Notes: generated from the sequence alone by a model not told the origin. A DNA stretch of 64,000 bases from Capsulimonadaceae bacterium (GCA_965215505.1 OZ244065.1:864001-928000); one strand, 5' to 3'; shown: positions 29,300-37,744, numbered from the stretch's first letter. Made by a program: numbers and translations.

Positions 29300-30376
29300 T
29301 TATCGCGCTCCTACCACATGCCCAAAATCCTGTGCCGAGGCCAGCCGCTTCTGGCCGACCTCCCAGGTGTGTTCCCAGGGCCGCTTCGCCTGTGCCAGCT
29401 CCTCGTAGCGCCCGCTGTAAGGCTCCATCTTCCAGCCCATGAAGGCCCAGCCGACGTAGTTGCCGACGTCCCAGATCTTCTCCGAGGGGAGCTGCCCCTT
29501 GAACTGCGGCATCGCGCTGCCGGGGATGCCGTAGAGGACGACGTAGTAGATGACGCCGTTCGAGATTGAGCTGACCTCGTTCTTGCGGTAATCGTAGTGG
29601 TAGCCCGGCTGTCCGCCCTGCGTGCTGGCACCCGAGGCCTGCACCAGGGTAAAGTCCATCGGCGGCGGGTTCAGATACGGCTTGGATGGGCCGCGCCCGT
29701 CCCCGTGTTCGCCGTGGCAGCCCGCGCAATAGGCGACGTACAGGACACGCCCGCGCTCGATGGAGCCTTCCGTCACCGGCTCCGGGTTCGGCATGACCAG
29801 CCAGGAACTCGGCATGGTCGAGTTCAGGTAGGGCAGGTTCTCGGCAGGCCCCTTCTGATAATACTTGATCAGATTGACCTTGAGGTCGCGCTGCTGCTGG
29901 GCGCGCTTGATGCCGTCCTTGCCGCCGAGGCACTGGAGGTAGGCGATCAGGTTGACGCGGTCCTGGCCGACGATGTAGCTGAAGGACGGCATGAACGACT
30001 GGGGCCGGGTATAGCGCGGGTTCTGGAAGTGCGCCATGTGCCAGTCGTCGGTGTGGTAGCCGGCCTCGCGCATCAGGTCGGGGCCGTTGCGGGAGGAGCC
30101 GACCAGATGCGGGGAGTCATAGGCGTAGTCGCCGGGCTGGGCGGCCAGGCCGCTGCCCATGCCCCAGTCCATCGGGCGCGTGTCCTGCGAATGGCAATAA
30201 ACACAGCCGTTCTGGACATAGATGTCGCGGCCCTTCAGCTCCTGCGCCGTATACTGGTGCGCGTTCGGCGACGGCTGCGGGTTGAAGACGACTGTCGGCG
30301 TCAGGGCGATGGCGACGATGATGGTGAACGCGACCAGGAACGAGCCGAACAGGACTGTCAGCGGTGTCATTTTCAT
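29300..30376 (-). CDS. ccoO: cbb3-type cytochrome c oxidase subunit II fused to a second cytochrome c domain
   Basis: GRDIYVQNGCVYCHSQ, GSSRNGPDL, QSFMPSF; second CAGCH...SAMP. Confidence 0.85.
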   Translation of the reverse strand: MKMTPLTVLFGSFLVAFTIIVAIALTPTVVFNPQPSPNAHQYTAQELKGRDIYVQNGCVYCHSQDTRPMDWGMGSGLAAQPGDYAYDSPHLVGSSRNGPDLMREAGYHTDDWHMAHFQNPRYTRPQSFMPSFSYIVGQDRVNLIAYLQCLGGKDGIKRAQQQRDLKVNLIKYYQKGPAENLPYLNSTMPSSWLVMPNPEPVTEGSIERGRVLYVAYCAGCHGEHGDGRGPSKPYLNPPPMDFTLVQASGASTQGGQPGYHYDYRKNEVSSISNGVIYYVVLYGIPGSAMPQFKGQLPSEKIWDVGNYVGWAFMGWKMEPYSGRYEELAQAKRPWEHTWEVGQKRLASAQDFGHVVGAR

Positions 30377-30396
30377 GGCGGGACGGTTTTGCTTTT

Positions 30397-32004
30397 CTAA
30401 TCTACAGCAACGGCGCGGTCGTCAAACTGCGAGGCGGGCGCAGGCAGTTCCTGCAAGTCGGCAATCTCCTTGCGGCGCTCCCCGGCTTGGTCCGTCGGCG
30501 TGTGGCGGATCGTCATAATCAGATTGATGAGCATCATGATGACCGCAACCACGATCATGCCCCCGGCCGCCGAGCGCAGGTAGAAGTACGGCTTCACGAC
30601 GGGGTAAGCCTTGACCACCTGCTCCCCGAGCGACACCCAGGCGCTGGCCTGCGCCAGACCCGCCCCCGTGATGGCCCAGAAGTAGAGGTTGATGCCGAGC
30701 AGCATCAGCCAGTACTGCGTGTCGCCCAGGTTCCGGCTCCACAGGTGCTTGCGGACGATCTGCGGCACCATGTACAACATGGCGCCCGAGGCGATGAACC
30801 CGAACGCCCCCAGCAGGGCTAGATGCGCGTGCGCGATGGTCCACTGCGAGAAGTGCAGGAAGCGGTTCACCGCCATTAGCGACTGCACCGAGCCTTGGAA
30901 CGAGGCCGTCAGATAGAAGAACGCGCCGGTCAGGATGAACCGCAGCGGGATGTTTTCGAGGATCTGCCCCCACTCGCCGCGCATCGTCATGTAGATGTTT
31001 ACGCTGAAGGAGAACACCGGGATGATCAGCGCAATCGAGCCGATGATCGAAAACACCTTGAGCCAGTTCGGGATCGGCGCTTGCAGCAGGTGGTGCATGC
31101 CGGTGTTGGTGTAGAACAGGGCGATGGACCAGAAGCCGATCAGCGACAGCATGTGTGAGTAGAGCGGGCGTCGGGTCAGTTTGGGCACCATGTAGTAGAC
31201 GATGGCGATGCCGCCCGTCGTGATGTACAGGCCGAAAACATTGTGGCCGTAGAACCAGTTGAACACGGCATCATCCAGGCCCGTCAGGGACCCGGTGCGC
31301 TGGAAGTTGGTGACGCCGTCCGGAATGCTCCCCACGGCGTTGTTCCACAGGATGTGCTTGTGGCCGTCCGCCGAAAGGTAGGTCGTGAACGGGTGCCACA
31401 TGACGTGCCCGATGAAGAACATCATGGCGATCCAGACCACGCTGCCGCCGATATACCAGAGCGAGACATACAGCTTCGGCTCGCGGCGAGCGGCGATGGT
31501 CTGGAAGATGATGACCGCGTTGACCCCCATCAGGATGAGGATCGGCCAGTCGATGTACATCGGGTACTCGGCGTACTCTTTCCCCTTCGTGTCGCCCCAC
31601 ATGACCGCAAGCGCCCCAACTAGGACGCCGAGGTTCCACAGGACGAGCAGGATGTTCGCCGCCCGGTTGGACCGCAGGGGCGTTTTGCACAGGCGCGGGA
31701 CGATGAAGTACCACGCGCCGAAGAAGGCGGTGGAAAGGAATCCGAACAGCACGATGTTGACGTGCGCGGGCCGCAGGCGGCTGAAGACGAGTTGGGCGAT
31801 GCCGGCGAAGATGTCCGGGGTCGTCAGCTCGTCCGACATGATCAGGCCGAGCAAGGTGCCGATGACGAACCAGACGGCCCCGGACATCAGGCCGTGCAGG
31901 GCCGCCGAGTCGGGCCGGTCCAGGCGCTCCCACAAGGTGTCGCGGGCGGGCGCATCAGGCGCGGGGTCTGAGGGACGCGAGGGCAGCAGGGATGTGAATG
32001 ACAT
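30397..32004 (-). CDS. ccoN: cbb3-type cytochrome c oxidase subunit I
   Basis: RLRPAHVN, NWFYGHN, FYTNTGMHHL, WTIAHAHL ligand motifs. Confidence 0.9.
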   Translation of the reverse strand: MSFTSLLPSRPSDPAPDAPARDTLWERLDRPDSAALHGLMSGAVWFVIGTLLGLIMSDELTTPDIFAGIAQLVFSRLRPAHVNIVLFGFLSTAFFGAWYFIVPRLCKTPLRSNRAANILLVLWNLGVLVGALAVMWGDTKGKEYAEYPMYIDWPILILMGVNAVIIFQTIAARREPKLYVSLWYIGGSVVWIAMMFFIGHVMWHPFTTYLSADGHKHILWNNAVGSIPDGVTNFQRTGSLTGLDDAVFNWFYGHNVFGLYITTGGIAIVYYMVPKLTRRPLYSHMLSLIGFWSIALFYTNTGMHHLLQAPIPNWLKVFSIIGSIALIIPVFSFSVNIYMTMRGEWGQILENIPLRFILTGAFFYLTASFQGSVQSLMAVNRFLHFSQWTIAHAHLALLGAFGFIASGAMLYMVPQIVRKHLWSRNLGDTQYWLMLLGINLYFWAITGAGLAQASAWVSLGEQVVKAYPVVKPYFYLRSAAGGMIVVAVIMMLINLIMTIRHTPTDQAGERRKEIADLQELPAPASQFDDRAVAVD

Positions 32005-32160
32005 GGCGGGCGGGGCTTCCTAAAACGGCGAGGCAGGGGCCGGAAACTCTCTGTTCCTTGTTCCGTGTACCCACTGCTTTATACCATTAAACAGGCTGGA
32101 TTATACCCCACGTTTGGTGTCCGCCGATACCGTTCGCCGAGCCGGGACGGGGCGGACTGA

Positions 32161-32190
32161 TTGACAGCTTCTCCCGCGCCATGGTACTAT
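32161..32190 (+). promoter_or_regulatory. sigma70-type promoter of the ABC-F gene
   Basis: TTGACA-18 bp-TACTAT with extended TG. Confidence 0.7.
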
Positions 32191-32226
32191 GGCCCCGATA
32201 ACCACACACCGGGACGAGAGCCGCGA

Positions 32227-32314
32227 CTTCCGACACGGGCGCGCTCGTCCTGCTTTCCACGGGTGCGCTTCGCGGCGCGTTCCTGAGCAGGACGGGCGCG
32301 CTTTCGTCTGGAAG
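32227..32314 (+). promoter_or_regulatory. Long stem-loop in the ABC-F leader
   Basis: CTTCC-GAC..GCGCGCTCGTCCTGCT pairs with AGCAGGACGGGCGCGC..GTC-TGGAAG, ending just before SD GGAGGA. Confidence 0.6.
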
Positions 32315-32331
32315 CTGACGGAGGAACACCA

Positions 32332-33948
32332 ATGAGCCTGATACGATTGAACAATGTCACGATGAAATACGACGACCGGCTGGTCCTCCGCAGTGTCTTC
32401 TTCAAGCTGCAAGAAGGCGAGCGCGTTGGCCTGATCGGCAAGAACGGCAGCGGCAAGACTACATTGCTGAAGCTGATCCTGGACCAGATCGAGCCGACGT
32501 CAGGGGCAGTGGAGCGCGAGCCGGGGTTGAAGATCGGCTACTTCTCGCAGTTCTCCGCGCTCGACGGGGCGCTCTCGGTCCGGCAGGTCTTAGAGGACCT
32601 GTTCGCCGACATCCGCGCCCTGGAGGACGACCTGAACCAGATCGCGACCGCCCTGGAAACCGTGGAAGAACCAGACGAGATGGAACGGCTTTTAGAGCGG
32701 CAGGCGGCGGGGCTGGACGAAATGACGTTGCGGGACGGCTGGGAGTACGGGCGTCACATTGACACCGTGCTTTCCAAGCTGGGCTTCGTGGAGGAGTATC
32801 GCGACCGCCCGATTGACCAGCTCTCGGGCGGCTGGCGCAACCGGGCCGCGCTCGCCAAGATTTTGCTGGAAGCGCCGGACATCCTGCTGCTGGATGAGCC
32901 GACCAACTATTTGGACGTGGAAGGGCTGGCCTGGCTGGAGGGCTGGCTGAACGGGTTCCGGGGCGGGCTGCTGCTGATCTCGCACGACCGGCAGTTTTTG
33001 GACGGCGTCGTGACGCGCGTCGTCGAGTTGGAGAACTACCAGTTCCAGGAGTACGCGGGCAGTTTCACGGACTATGTCCGCGAGAAGCAGTTCCGGTTCA
33101 AAACTCTGGAACGCCAGTTCATGCACGAGGAGGAGCTGCTGACCTTCGAGGCCGAGGCGATCTCGGACCGGGACGAGGCGCGGCGCAACCCCAACCCGAG
33201 CCTCCAGCGCAAGCTGGCCGACCTGAAGAAGCGGCGCGAGCCGCGCCCGGTGGACACGGTCGTCTCGGCGATCTACCAGGGCATCCGCCTCCCCGACAAG
33301 ATGCTGGCCGTGGAAAACCTGGCGAAGTCCTACGGCGGCCCGGTCCTCTTCTCGGGCGTGTCGTTTGAAGTCCAGAAGGGCGAGCGGCTGGCAATCGTCG
33401 GCCCCAACGGCAGCGGCAAGTCCACCCTGCTGCGCCTGCTGACCCAGGAGGAAACGCCCGACGCGGGCGAGATCGTCTGGCCCGGCGGCACCTCCTTCGC
33501 CGACTTCAACCAGATCCTAGCCGAAGAGGACCCTAGCGACACGGTGACACACGCGGTCAACACGATGGGCGGGGCGGGCAGCCTCGCCTTCGGCGCGCAG
33601 CGCAAGCAGGTCAACAAGTTTCTGGGCCTGCTCCAGTTCTCCGAGATGGACCTGAGCCAGCGGATCGGGACACTGTCGGGCGGCCAGCGCGCCCGCGTCG
33701 CCCTGGCGAAGTGCCTGCTGTCGGGGGCACAGACATTGATCTTGGATGAGCCGACGAACCACCTGGACCTGACCAGCACGCAGGTCATGGAGCGCGCCCT
33801 GGTCAACTTCCCCGGCGCGGTCGTCGTGGTCAGCCACGACCGGTTCTTCCTGGACAAAGTGGCGACCCGGCTTCTCGTCTTCGGGCCGGGCGGGCGGACC
33901 TCGGAGTTCAACGGCAACTGGACGATGTGGCAGACGGCGGGGCAGTGA
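32332..33948 (+). CDS. ABC-F family ribosome-associated ATPase
   Basis: Two ABC domains (GKNGSGKT/LSGGW/LDEPTN; GPNGSGKS/LSGGQ/LDEPTN), no TM segments. Confidence 0.93.
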   Translation: MSLIRLNNVTMKYDDRLVLRSVFFKLQEGERVGLIGKNGSGKTTLLKLILDQIEPTSGAVEREPGLKIGYFSQFSALDGALSVRQVLEDLFADIRALEDDLNQIATALETVEEPDEMERLLERQAAGLDEMTLRDGWEYGRHIDTVLSKLGFVEEYRDRPIDQLSGGWRNRAALAKILLEAPDILLLDEPTNYLDVEGLAWLEGWLNGFRGGLLLISHDRQFLDGVVTRVVELENYQFQEYAGSFTDYVREKQFRFKTLERQFMHEEELLTFEAEAISDRDEARRNPNPSLQRKLADLKKRREPRPVDTVVSAIYQGIRLPDKMLAVENLAKSYGGPVLFSGVSFEVQKGERLAIVGPNGSGKSTLLRLLTQEETPDAGEIVWPGGTSFADFNQILAEEDPSDTVTHAVNTMGGAGSLAFGAQRKQVNKFLGLLQFSEMDLSQRIGTLSGGQRARVALAKCLLSGAQTLILDEPTNHLDLTSTQVMERALVNFPGAVVVVSHDRFFLDKVATRLLVFGPGGRTSEFNGNWTMWQTAGQ

Positions 33949-33952
33949 GGCT

Positions 33953-34996
33953 CTACCGCTTCACGGGATACCCCTGCCACAGCCATTCCAAAGCGCCGGG
34001 GAGGGTCTGCCGCGTCACCCGCCCATCCACATGCCCCGCCCCTTCGGCGTACACATACCGGTAATCATACCCTTTCGCCTTCAGAGCCGCCGCCATGCGC
34101 TGGTTCGCCAGCACCCAGTTGTGCAGCGAAGCCTCGTCCCGCGTTGAGCCGTTATCGTGTTCGCCGACTTCCAGCCAGACCCGCAGCGGCTTGCGGGCGC
34201 TCTGCCCGATCAGATGCTCGTGGTACTCCCACGCCCCGTGCGGCGAGGCGGGATTCGGCGGCGACTGCTGGTTGACGTAGGTGCCCGAGTAAGTCAGCAC
34301 GCGCCGGTACAGGTCCGGCCGGAACCAGGCCATCGTGAAGGCCGCCGCCCCGCCCGAGCTGCCGCCCATCGTCGCCCGGCCGTCGGGGTCCTTGGTAAAG
34401 GTAACCGAATAATCCCTAGTGATCCGGGGCAGCACCTCGGTTTCGACGAACCGAGCGTAGGCGTCCGAAACGGTGTCGTATTCCAGCCCACGCTCGCTCC
34501 CCTGGGCATCGCCCCCGCCCGAGTTGATGAAGACGGCGACCATGACGGGCAGGCGGCGCTGCTGAATGAGAGTGTCGAGGGCGCGCGTCACCACGTCCCG
34601 ATAGCCCAGGCCGTCCTGGACGACGAGGAATGGCGCCGGTGTGCCGGGGACGTACTGCGACGGGACGTAGACCGCCACCCGGCGCTGATACGGGACCGTG
34701 CCCGGCTGGTTCTTGGCGATGCCGGGGTAGATCTTGCTGTCGGCGGAGTCCATGGTGAACTCGTGGACCGCCCCGCGCGGCACATCGGGTGCCACCGTCA
34801 ACTCGGGCGCGTCGGCATACACCGGCCCGATGGTCAGCTCCGCCTGATCCGCCGCACCCCTGGCCCTGGCCTCAGCCGTGCGAGCGGGCGGCGTCTTGGC
34901 GCTGTCGGCGGACGCGCAGCTTGAAGCCAGCAGCATTGACGCCAGTGCGAGGGGGAGCAAGAAAACGGGGCCAGCCAACCTGTAGGCGTTCTGCAT
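33953..34996 (-). CDS. Secreted esterase, Fes/enterochelin-esterase-like
   Basis: Signal peptide, VYVPSQY, SERGLEYD, GGSSGG nucleophile elbow. Confidence 0.85.
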   Translation of the reverse strand: MQNAYRLAGPVFLLPLALASMLLASSCASADSAKTPPARTAEARARGAADQAELTIGPVYADAPELTVAPDVPRGAVHEFTMDSADSKIYPGIAKNQPGTVPYQRRVAVYVPSQYVPGTPAPFLVVQDGLGYRDVVTRALDTLIQQRRLPVMVAVFINSGGGDAQGSERGLEYDTVSDAYARFVETEVLPRITRDYSVTFTKDPDGRATMGGSSGGAAAFTMAWFRPDLYRRVLTYSGTYVNQQSPPNPASPHGAWEYHEHLIGQSARKPLRVWLEVGEHDNGSTRDEASLHNWVLANQRMAAALKAKGYDYRYVYAEGAGHVDGRVTRQTLPGALEWLWQGYPVKR

Positions 34997-35039
34997 GACT
35001 TTCTCCTTTGCACCCGCCGCCGGATGCGCCACAGACTGC

Positions 35040-35074
35040 AAAACCCCCGGCGCAGGATCTGCGCCGGGGGTTTT
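35040..35074 (-). terminator. Terminator downstream of tRNA-Thr
   Basis: AAAACCCCCGGCGCAG-GAT-CTGCGCCGGGGGTTTT. Confidence 0.85.
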
Positions 35075-35093
35075 CACTCTTTGATATGCGAAC

Positions 35094-35165
35094 AGCCGAC
35101 ACGCGGATTCGAACCGCGGACCTGCTGTTTACGAAACAGCTGCTCTACCACTGAGCCATGTCGGC
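35094..35165 (-). tRNA. tRNA-Thr(CGT), CCA not encoded
   Basis: GCCGACA-TGGCTCAGTGGTAGAGC-A-GCTGT-TTCGTAA-ACAGC-AGGTC-CGCGG-TTCGAAT-CCGCG-TGTCGGC-T cloverleaf. Confidence 0.96.
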
Positions 35166-35180
35166 GTGAGTTACGGGCGA

Positions 35181-35210
35181 ATTATACTGCAAACCGGGGG
35201 TGCCTGTCAA
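35181..35210 (-). promoter_or_regulatory. Consensus promoter of tRNA-Thr
   Basis: TTGACA-18 bp-TATAAT. Confidence 0.85.
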
Positions 35211-35215
35211 GAGGG

Positions 35216-35929
35216 TCAGCCGACGATCTTGCGGAGCATGTCGGGGCTGTTGGTGATGATGCCATCCACTTTGCAGACGTGGCGCATCCGGCGCATGTCT
35301 TCCGAGAGGTCCACTGTCCAGGCGTAGACCAGTTTGTCGCGCCGGTGCAGGATGTCCACGAGTTCCGGGGTGAGAAGGCGGTGATGCCAGGTGACGGCCT
35401 CCGTATCCAGGCTCAGAAGCAGCGCGGGCGTGATCAGGTGTTTCTGGTCTATGTCGAGAGTCAGGCTGAGGGGGATGCGCGGGTCGAGGCTGCGGAGGAT
35501 GCGGCGGCTGACTTCGCCCGCGCCGGAGACCAGGAGCGACTCGCGGGGGAACCCGGAGTGCCGGATGGCGCGGGCGATGAGGGTTTCGGCCCCCGGCTCC
35601 TTGAAGTCCAGCATCAGGCCGACGCCCGCCTCGGCCGCAAGCGTAAACGTCTCGTCCAGGGTCGTCAGGGCCTCGCCCCACTCGCCGCCGTTCCGCCGCC
35701 ACTGCTGGAAGCTGCGGTCCCGAAGGGGAACCTCCTCACCGTCGAGCAGGTGTACGCTCTCATGGTCCAGGATGAGTACATCGTCGCGGGTGCGGCGCAC
35801 GTCCACCTCCAGCATCTGCGCGCCCGCCTCTACGGCCCGGCGCAGGGAGGCGAGCGTATTGCCGGGCGGGACCAGGTAGGGGGCACCGCGATGGGCAACG
35901 ATTGGGAAAGGACGCAGCTCAGAGGGCAT
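35216..35929 (-). CDS. Glycerophosphodiester phosphodiesterase family
   Basis: IVAHRGA, NTLAS, EVDVRRTRD, YAWTVD, VDGIITNSPD. Confidence 0.9.
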   Translation of the reverse strand: MPSELRPFPIVAHRGAPYLVPPGNTLASLRRAVEAGAQMLEVDVRRTRDDVLILDHESVHLLDGEEVPLRDRSFQQWRRNGGEWGEALTTLDETFTLAAEAGVGLMLDFKEPGAETLIARAIRHSGFPRESLLVSGAGEVSRRILRSLDPRIPLSLTLDIDQKHLITPALLLSLDTEAVTWHHRLLTPELVDILHRRDKLVYAWTVDLSEDMRRMRHVCKVDGIITNSPDMLRKIVG

Positions 35930-35966
35930 GGGACTACGCTATCATTCTGGGGGGCAGAAACAGTTA

Positions 35967-35989
35967 AAGGGAGAGCATAGCCCTCCCTT
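35967..35989 (-). terminator. Hairpin downstream of tRNA-Phe
   Basis: AAGGGAGGGC-TAT-GCTCTCCCTT followed by a T-rich tract on the minus strand. Confidence 0.6.
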
Positions 35990-36043
35990 AGTTTACGTCA
36001 ATGAGTAACATCAACTTGTAATGTTGTTCATCTTGTGGTGATA

Positions 36044-36119
36044 TGGTGCCGCCTACCGGACTTGAACCAGTGACACCTCAATTTTCAGTCGAGTGCTCTA
36101 CCAACTGAGCTAAGGCGGC
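36044..36119 (-). tRNA. tRNA-Phe(GAA), CCA encoded
   Basis: GCCGCCT-TAGCTCAGTTGGTAGAGC-A-CTCGA-CTGAAAA-TTGAG-GTGTC-ACTGG-TTCAAGT-CCGGT-AGGCGGC-ACCA. Confidence 0.93.
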
Positions 36120-36138
36120 ATTGCGATTAGACGGGCCT

Positions 36139-36167
36139 ATTATACCTGCGGCATCTTGAAAATGCAA
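36139..36167 (-). promoter_or_regulatory. Promoter of tRNA-Phe
   Basis: TTGCAT-17 bp-TATAAT. Confidence 0.7.
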
Positions 36168-36198
36168 GATGCTGTCACACGGAAATGTGAGAAGATGA

Positions 36199-36226
36199 TG
36201 GGCGAGGCAGAATTTGAACCCGCGAC
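36199..36226 (-). pseudogene. tRNA 3'-end fragment (T-arm plus acceptor strand)
   Basis: GTC-GCGGG-TTCAAAT-TCTGC-CTCGCCC-A with no recognisable 5' half. Confidence 0.6.
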
Positions 36227-36246
36227 TATGATCGGAGAGCAACAAA

Positions 36247-36325
36247 TCGTCCCGACAAGACTCGAACTTGTGATGTGGTATGCCTCCGTGTAAAGGAGGT
36301 GGAATCGCCGCTATCCAACGGGACG
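36247..36325 (-). tRNA. Atypical tRNA-Val(TAC)
   Basis: CGTCCCG/CGGGACG acceptor, GGA/TCC D-stem, CCTCC-TTTACAC-GGAGG, 11-nt variable region, ACAAG-TTCGAGT-CTTGT, discriminator A. Confidence 0.75.
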
Positions 36326-36913
36326 GTAATCGTATTCTCTTCCGTTATAATACTGCCTGCGGGTTCGTCTCCCGTTCCCCTTGTTTCCTCCTTTGTAGGT
36401 TAATGTCTGAGCATCACAATTGCAACAGACAAGTCTCAGATTACACAGGGCGTTGTTGTCGGCGTGACCGTCAACATGATCAAGGACAAGAGGAATATCC
36501 TCGCCCATCCACTTGTCAAGGCTACAGATCGTACACTGCTTACCAGATGTTAAAGCCAGGTATTTCTTGCCACCATATTCGCTGGGCGCAACTCCTGTTG
36601 TCTCCATGCGAGCCAGATACTGGTCAGATTGGCACGCTCTGCTACAGAACTTGTCCCGGTTGGCTTTGAGCTTTCGACCACAGGAGCAGAAGGCAGACGG
36701 GATGCCATCCCGGCGGACGCCTTGATTATTAACTTTCGCCGCACAACTCGTTGAACAGAAAGTGTTGTTGCGCTTCGAGTAGTCCAAGAGTCGTTCGCAG
36801 TGGCGGCAGGTTCTCGGACTAGCTTGATGAATTGACAACCGAGTTTGATACTTCTGAGCGCAAGCCAGCTTTGCTTTCTCTACATCGATTCTTGCGGCCT
36901 CGGCTTTTGTCAT
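36311..36913 (-). CDS. HNH endonuclease with N-terminal Cys-rich zinc-finger repeats
   Basis: CRHC..FCSTSC, CSC..FCSRAC; CTIC...LVLDHVDGHADNNALCNLRLVCCNCD. Confidence 0.88.
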   Translation of the reverse strand: MTKAEAARIDVEKAKLACAQKYQTRLSIHQASPRTCRHCERLLDYSKRNNTFCSTSCAAKVNNQGVRRDGIPSAFCSCGRKLKANRDKFCSRACQSDQYLARMETTGVAPSEYGGKKYLALTSGKQCTICSLDKWMGEDIPLVLDHVDGHADNNALCNLRLVCCNCDAQTLTYKGGNKGNGRRTRRQYYNGREYDYRPVG

Positions 36914-36944
36914 GTTCCCACGCCACTCGCTCTCTTAGTCGTGG

Positions 36945-36973
36945 AGTGTACCCCCAGACCGCTGATAAGTCAA
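36945..36973 (-). promoter_or_regulatory. Promoter of the HNH-tRNA unit
   Basis: TTGACT-17 bp-TACACT. Confidence 0.65.
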
Positions 36974-37053
36974 GCGGGCCGTTCCCCTACGTTTGCGCCG
37001 GGAGACGTTCGGGTATTTTTGCGGCAGGACTGATACAGTCCGGGAGGGCATTT

Positions 37054-37323
37054 ATGAAGATCACATTCCAGGCCGCCGCGCTGTCGGCGGCACTCACGCT
37101 CGCGGCCAGCGTGCCATTCGCGGCCCCGGCCGCGGCGAAGACTACTCACCACAGCAAGCGCGCGACGCGGAGCCACGCGGCGACCAGCCATGGCACGACG
37201 ACCCGCAGCAGCGCGATGAGTAAGGGCAGCATGAAGTCGGGCACGACGGCGGCACCGACAAGAGGCATGGCGAACCCGGCCATGTCCACGGCCCCGGCGA
37301 CGAGCGGCGGCGACAAGCCATAA
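37054..37323 (+). CDS. Small secreted low-complexity protein
   Basis: SD GGAGGG, signal peptide MKITFQAAALSAALTLAASVPFAAPAAA, followed by a terminator. Confidence 0.7.
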   Translation: MKITFQAAALSAALTLAASVPFAAPAAAKTTHHSKRATRSHAATSHGTTTRSSAMSKGSMKSGTTAAPTRGMANPAMSTAPATSGGDKP

Positions 37324-37339
37324 TCACACCCCGACGCGC

Positions 37340-37373
37340 AGCCGCCCCCCGCACACAGGGGGGCGGCTTTTTT
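37340..37373 (+). terminator. Intrinsic terminator
   Basis: AGCCGCCCCC-CGCACACA-GGGGGCGGCTTTTTT. Confidence 0.85.
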
Positions 37374-37376
37374 CCG

Positions 37377-37739
37377 TCAGGGCAGCCCTTCCGGCAGGAT
37401 CTCGAACTGGTTACCCCAGGGGTCGCGGACGGTGAAGCGGGGGTAGCCCATCGGGATGGAAGCGCCCTCGGTGGCATAGCCCATGCCGGAAAGGTGGGCG
37501 CGGGCGGCCTCCACGTCACTCGTCGCAAGAGCCGTGTGGCCCCCGCCGACGACGCCCTCCGGCGGCTGGCCGATGTGGAATTTCACCTGCCCGGCGGAGA
37601 ACCATAGCACGGAGACGTGGGCGAGCGAGGGCGGCGTCGGCACCTCGGTCAGCCCCAGCCCTTCCCCATAGAACCGGCGGACGTCGTCGGGCGAGGCACC
37701 GGGGGCCATCAGATAGATGTGATGCACGGCGAGTTTCAT
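37377..37739 (-). CDS. VOC/glyoxalase family protein
   Basis: VHHIYL, RRFYGEGLGLTE, HTAL, RDPWGNQFEI. Confidence 0.85.
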   Translation of the reverse strand: MKLAVHHIYLMAPGASPDDVRRFYGEGLGLTEVPTPPSLAHVSVLWFSAGQVKFHIGQPPEGVVGGGHTALATSDVEAARAHLSGMGYATEGASIPMGYPRFTVRDPWGNQFEILPEGLP

Positions 37740-37744
37740 GATGA

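Noticed and set aside
36247..36913. Group I intron with an HNH gene interrupting a tRNA
   Set aside because: The tRNA-Val is contiguous, no second exon lies upstream of the HNH, and no intron core is evident.
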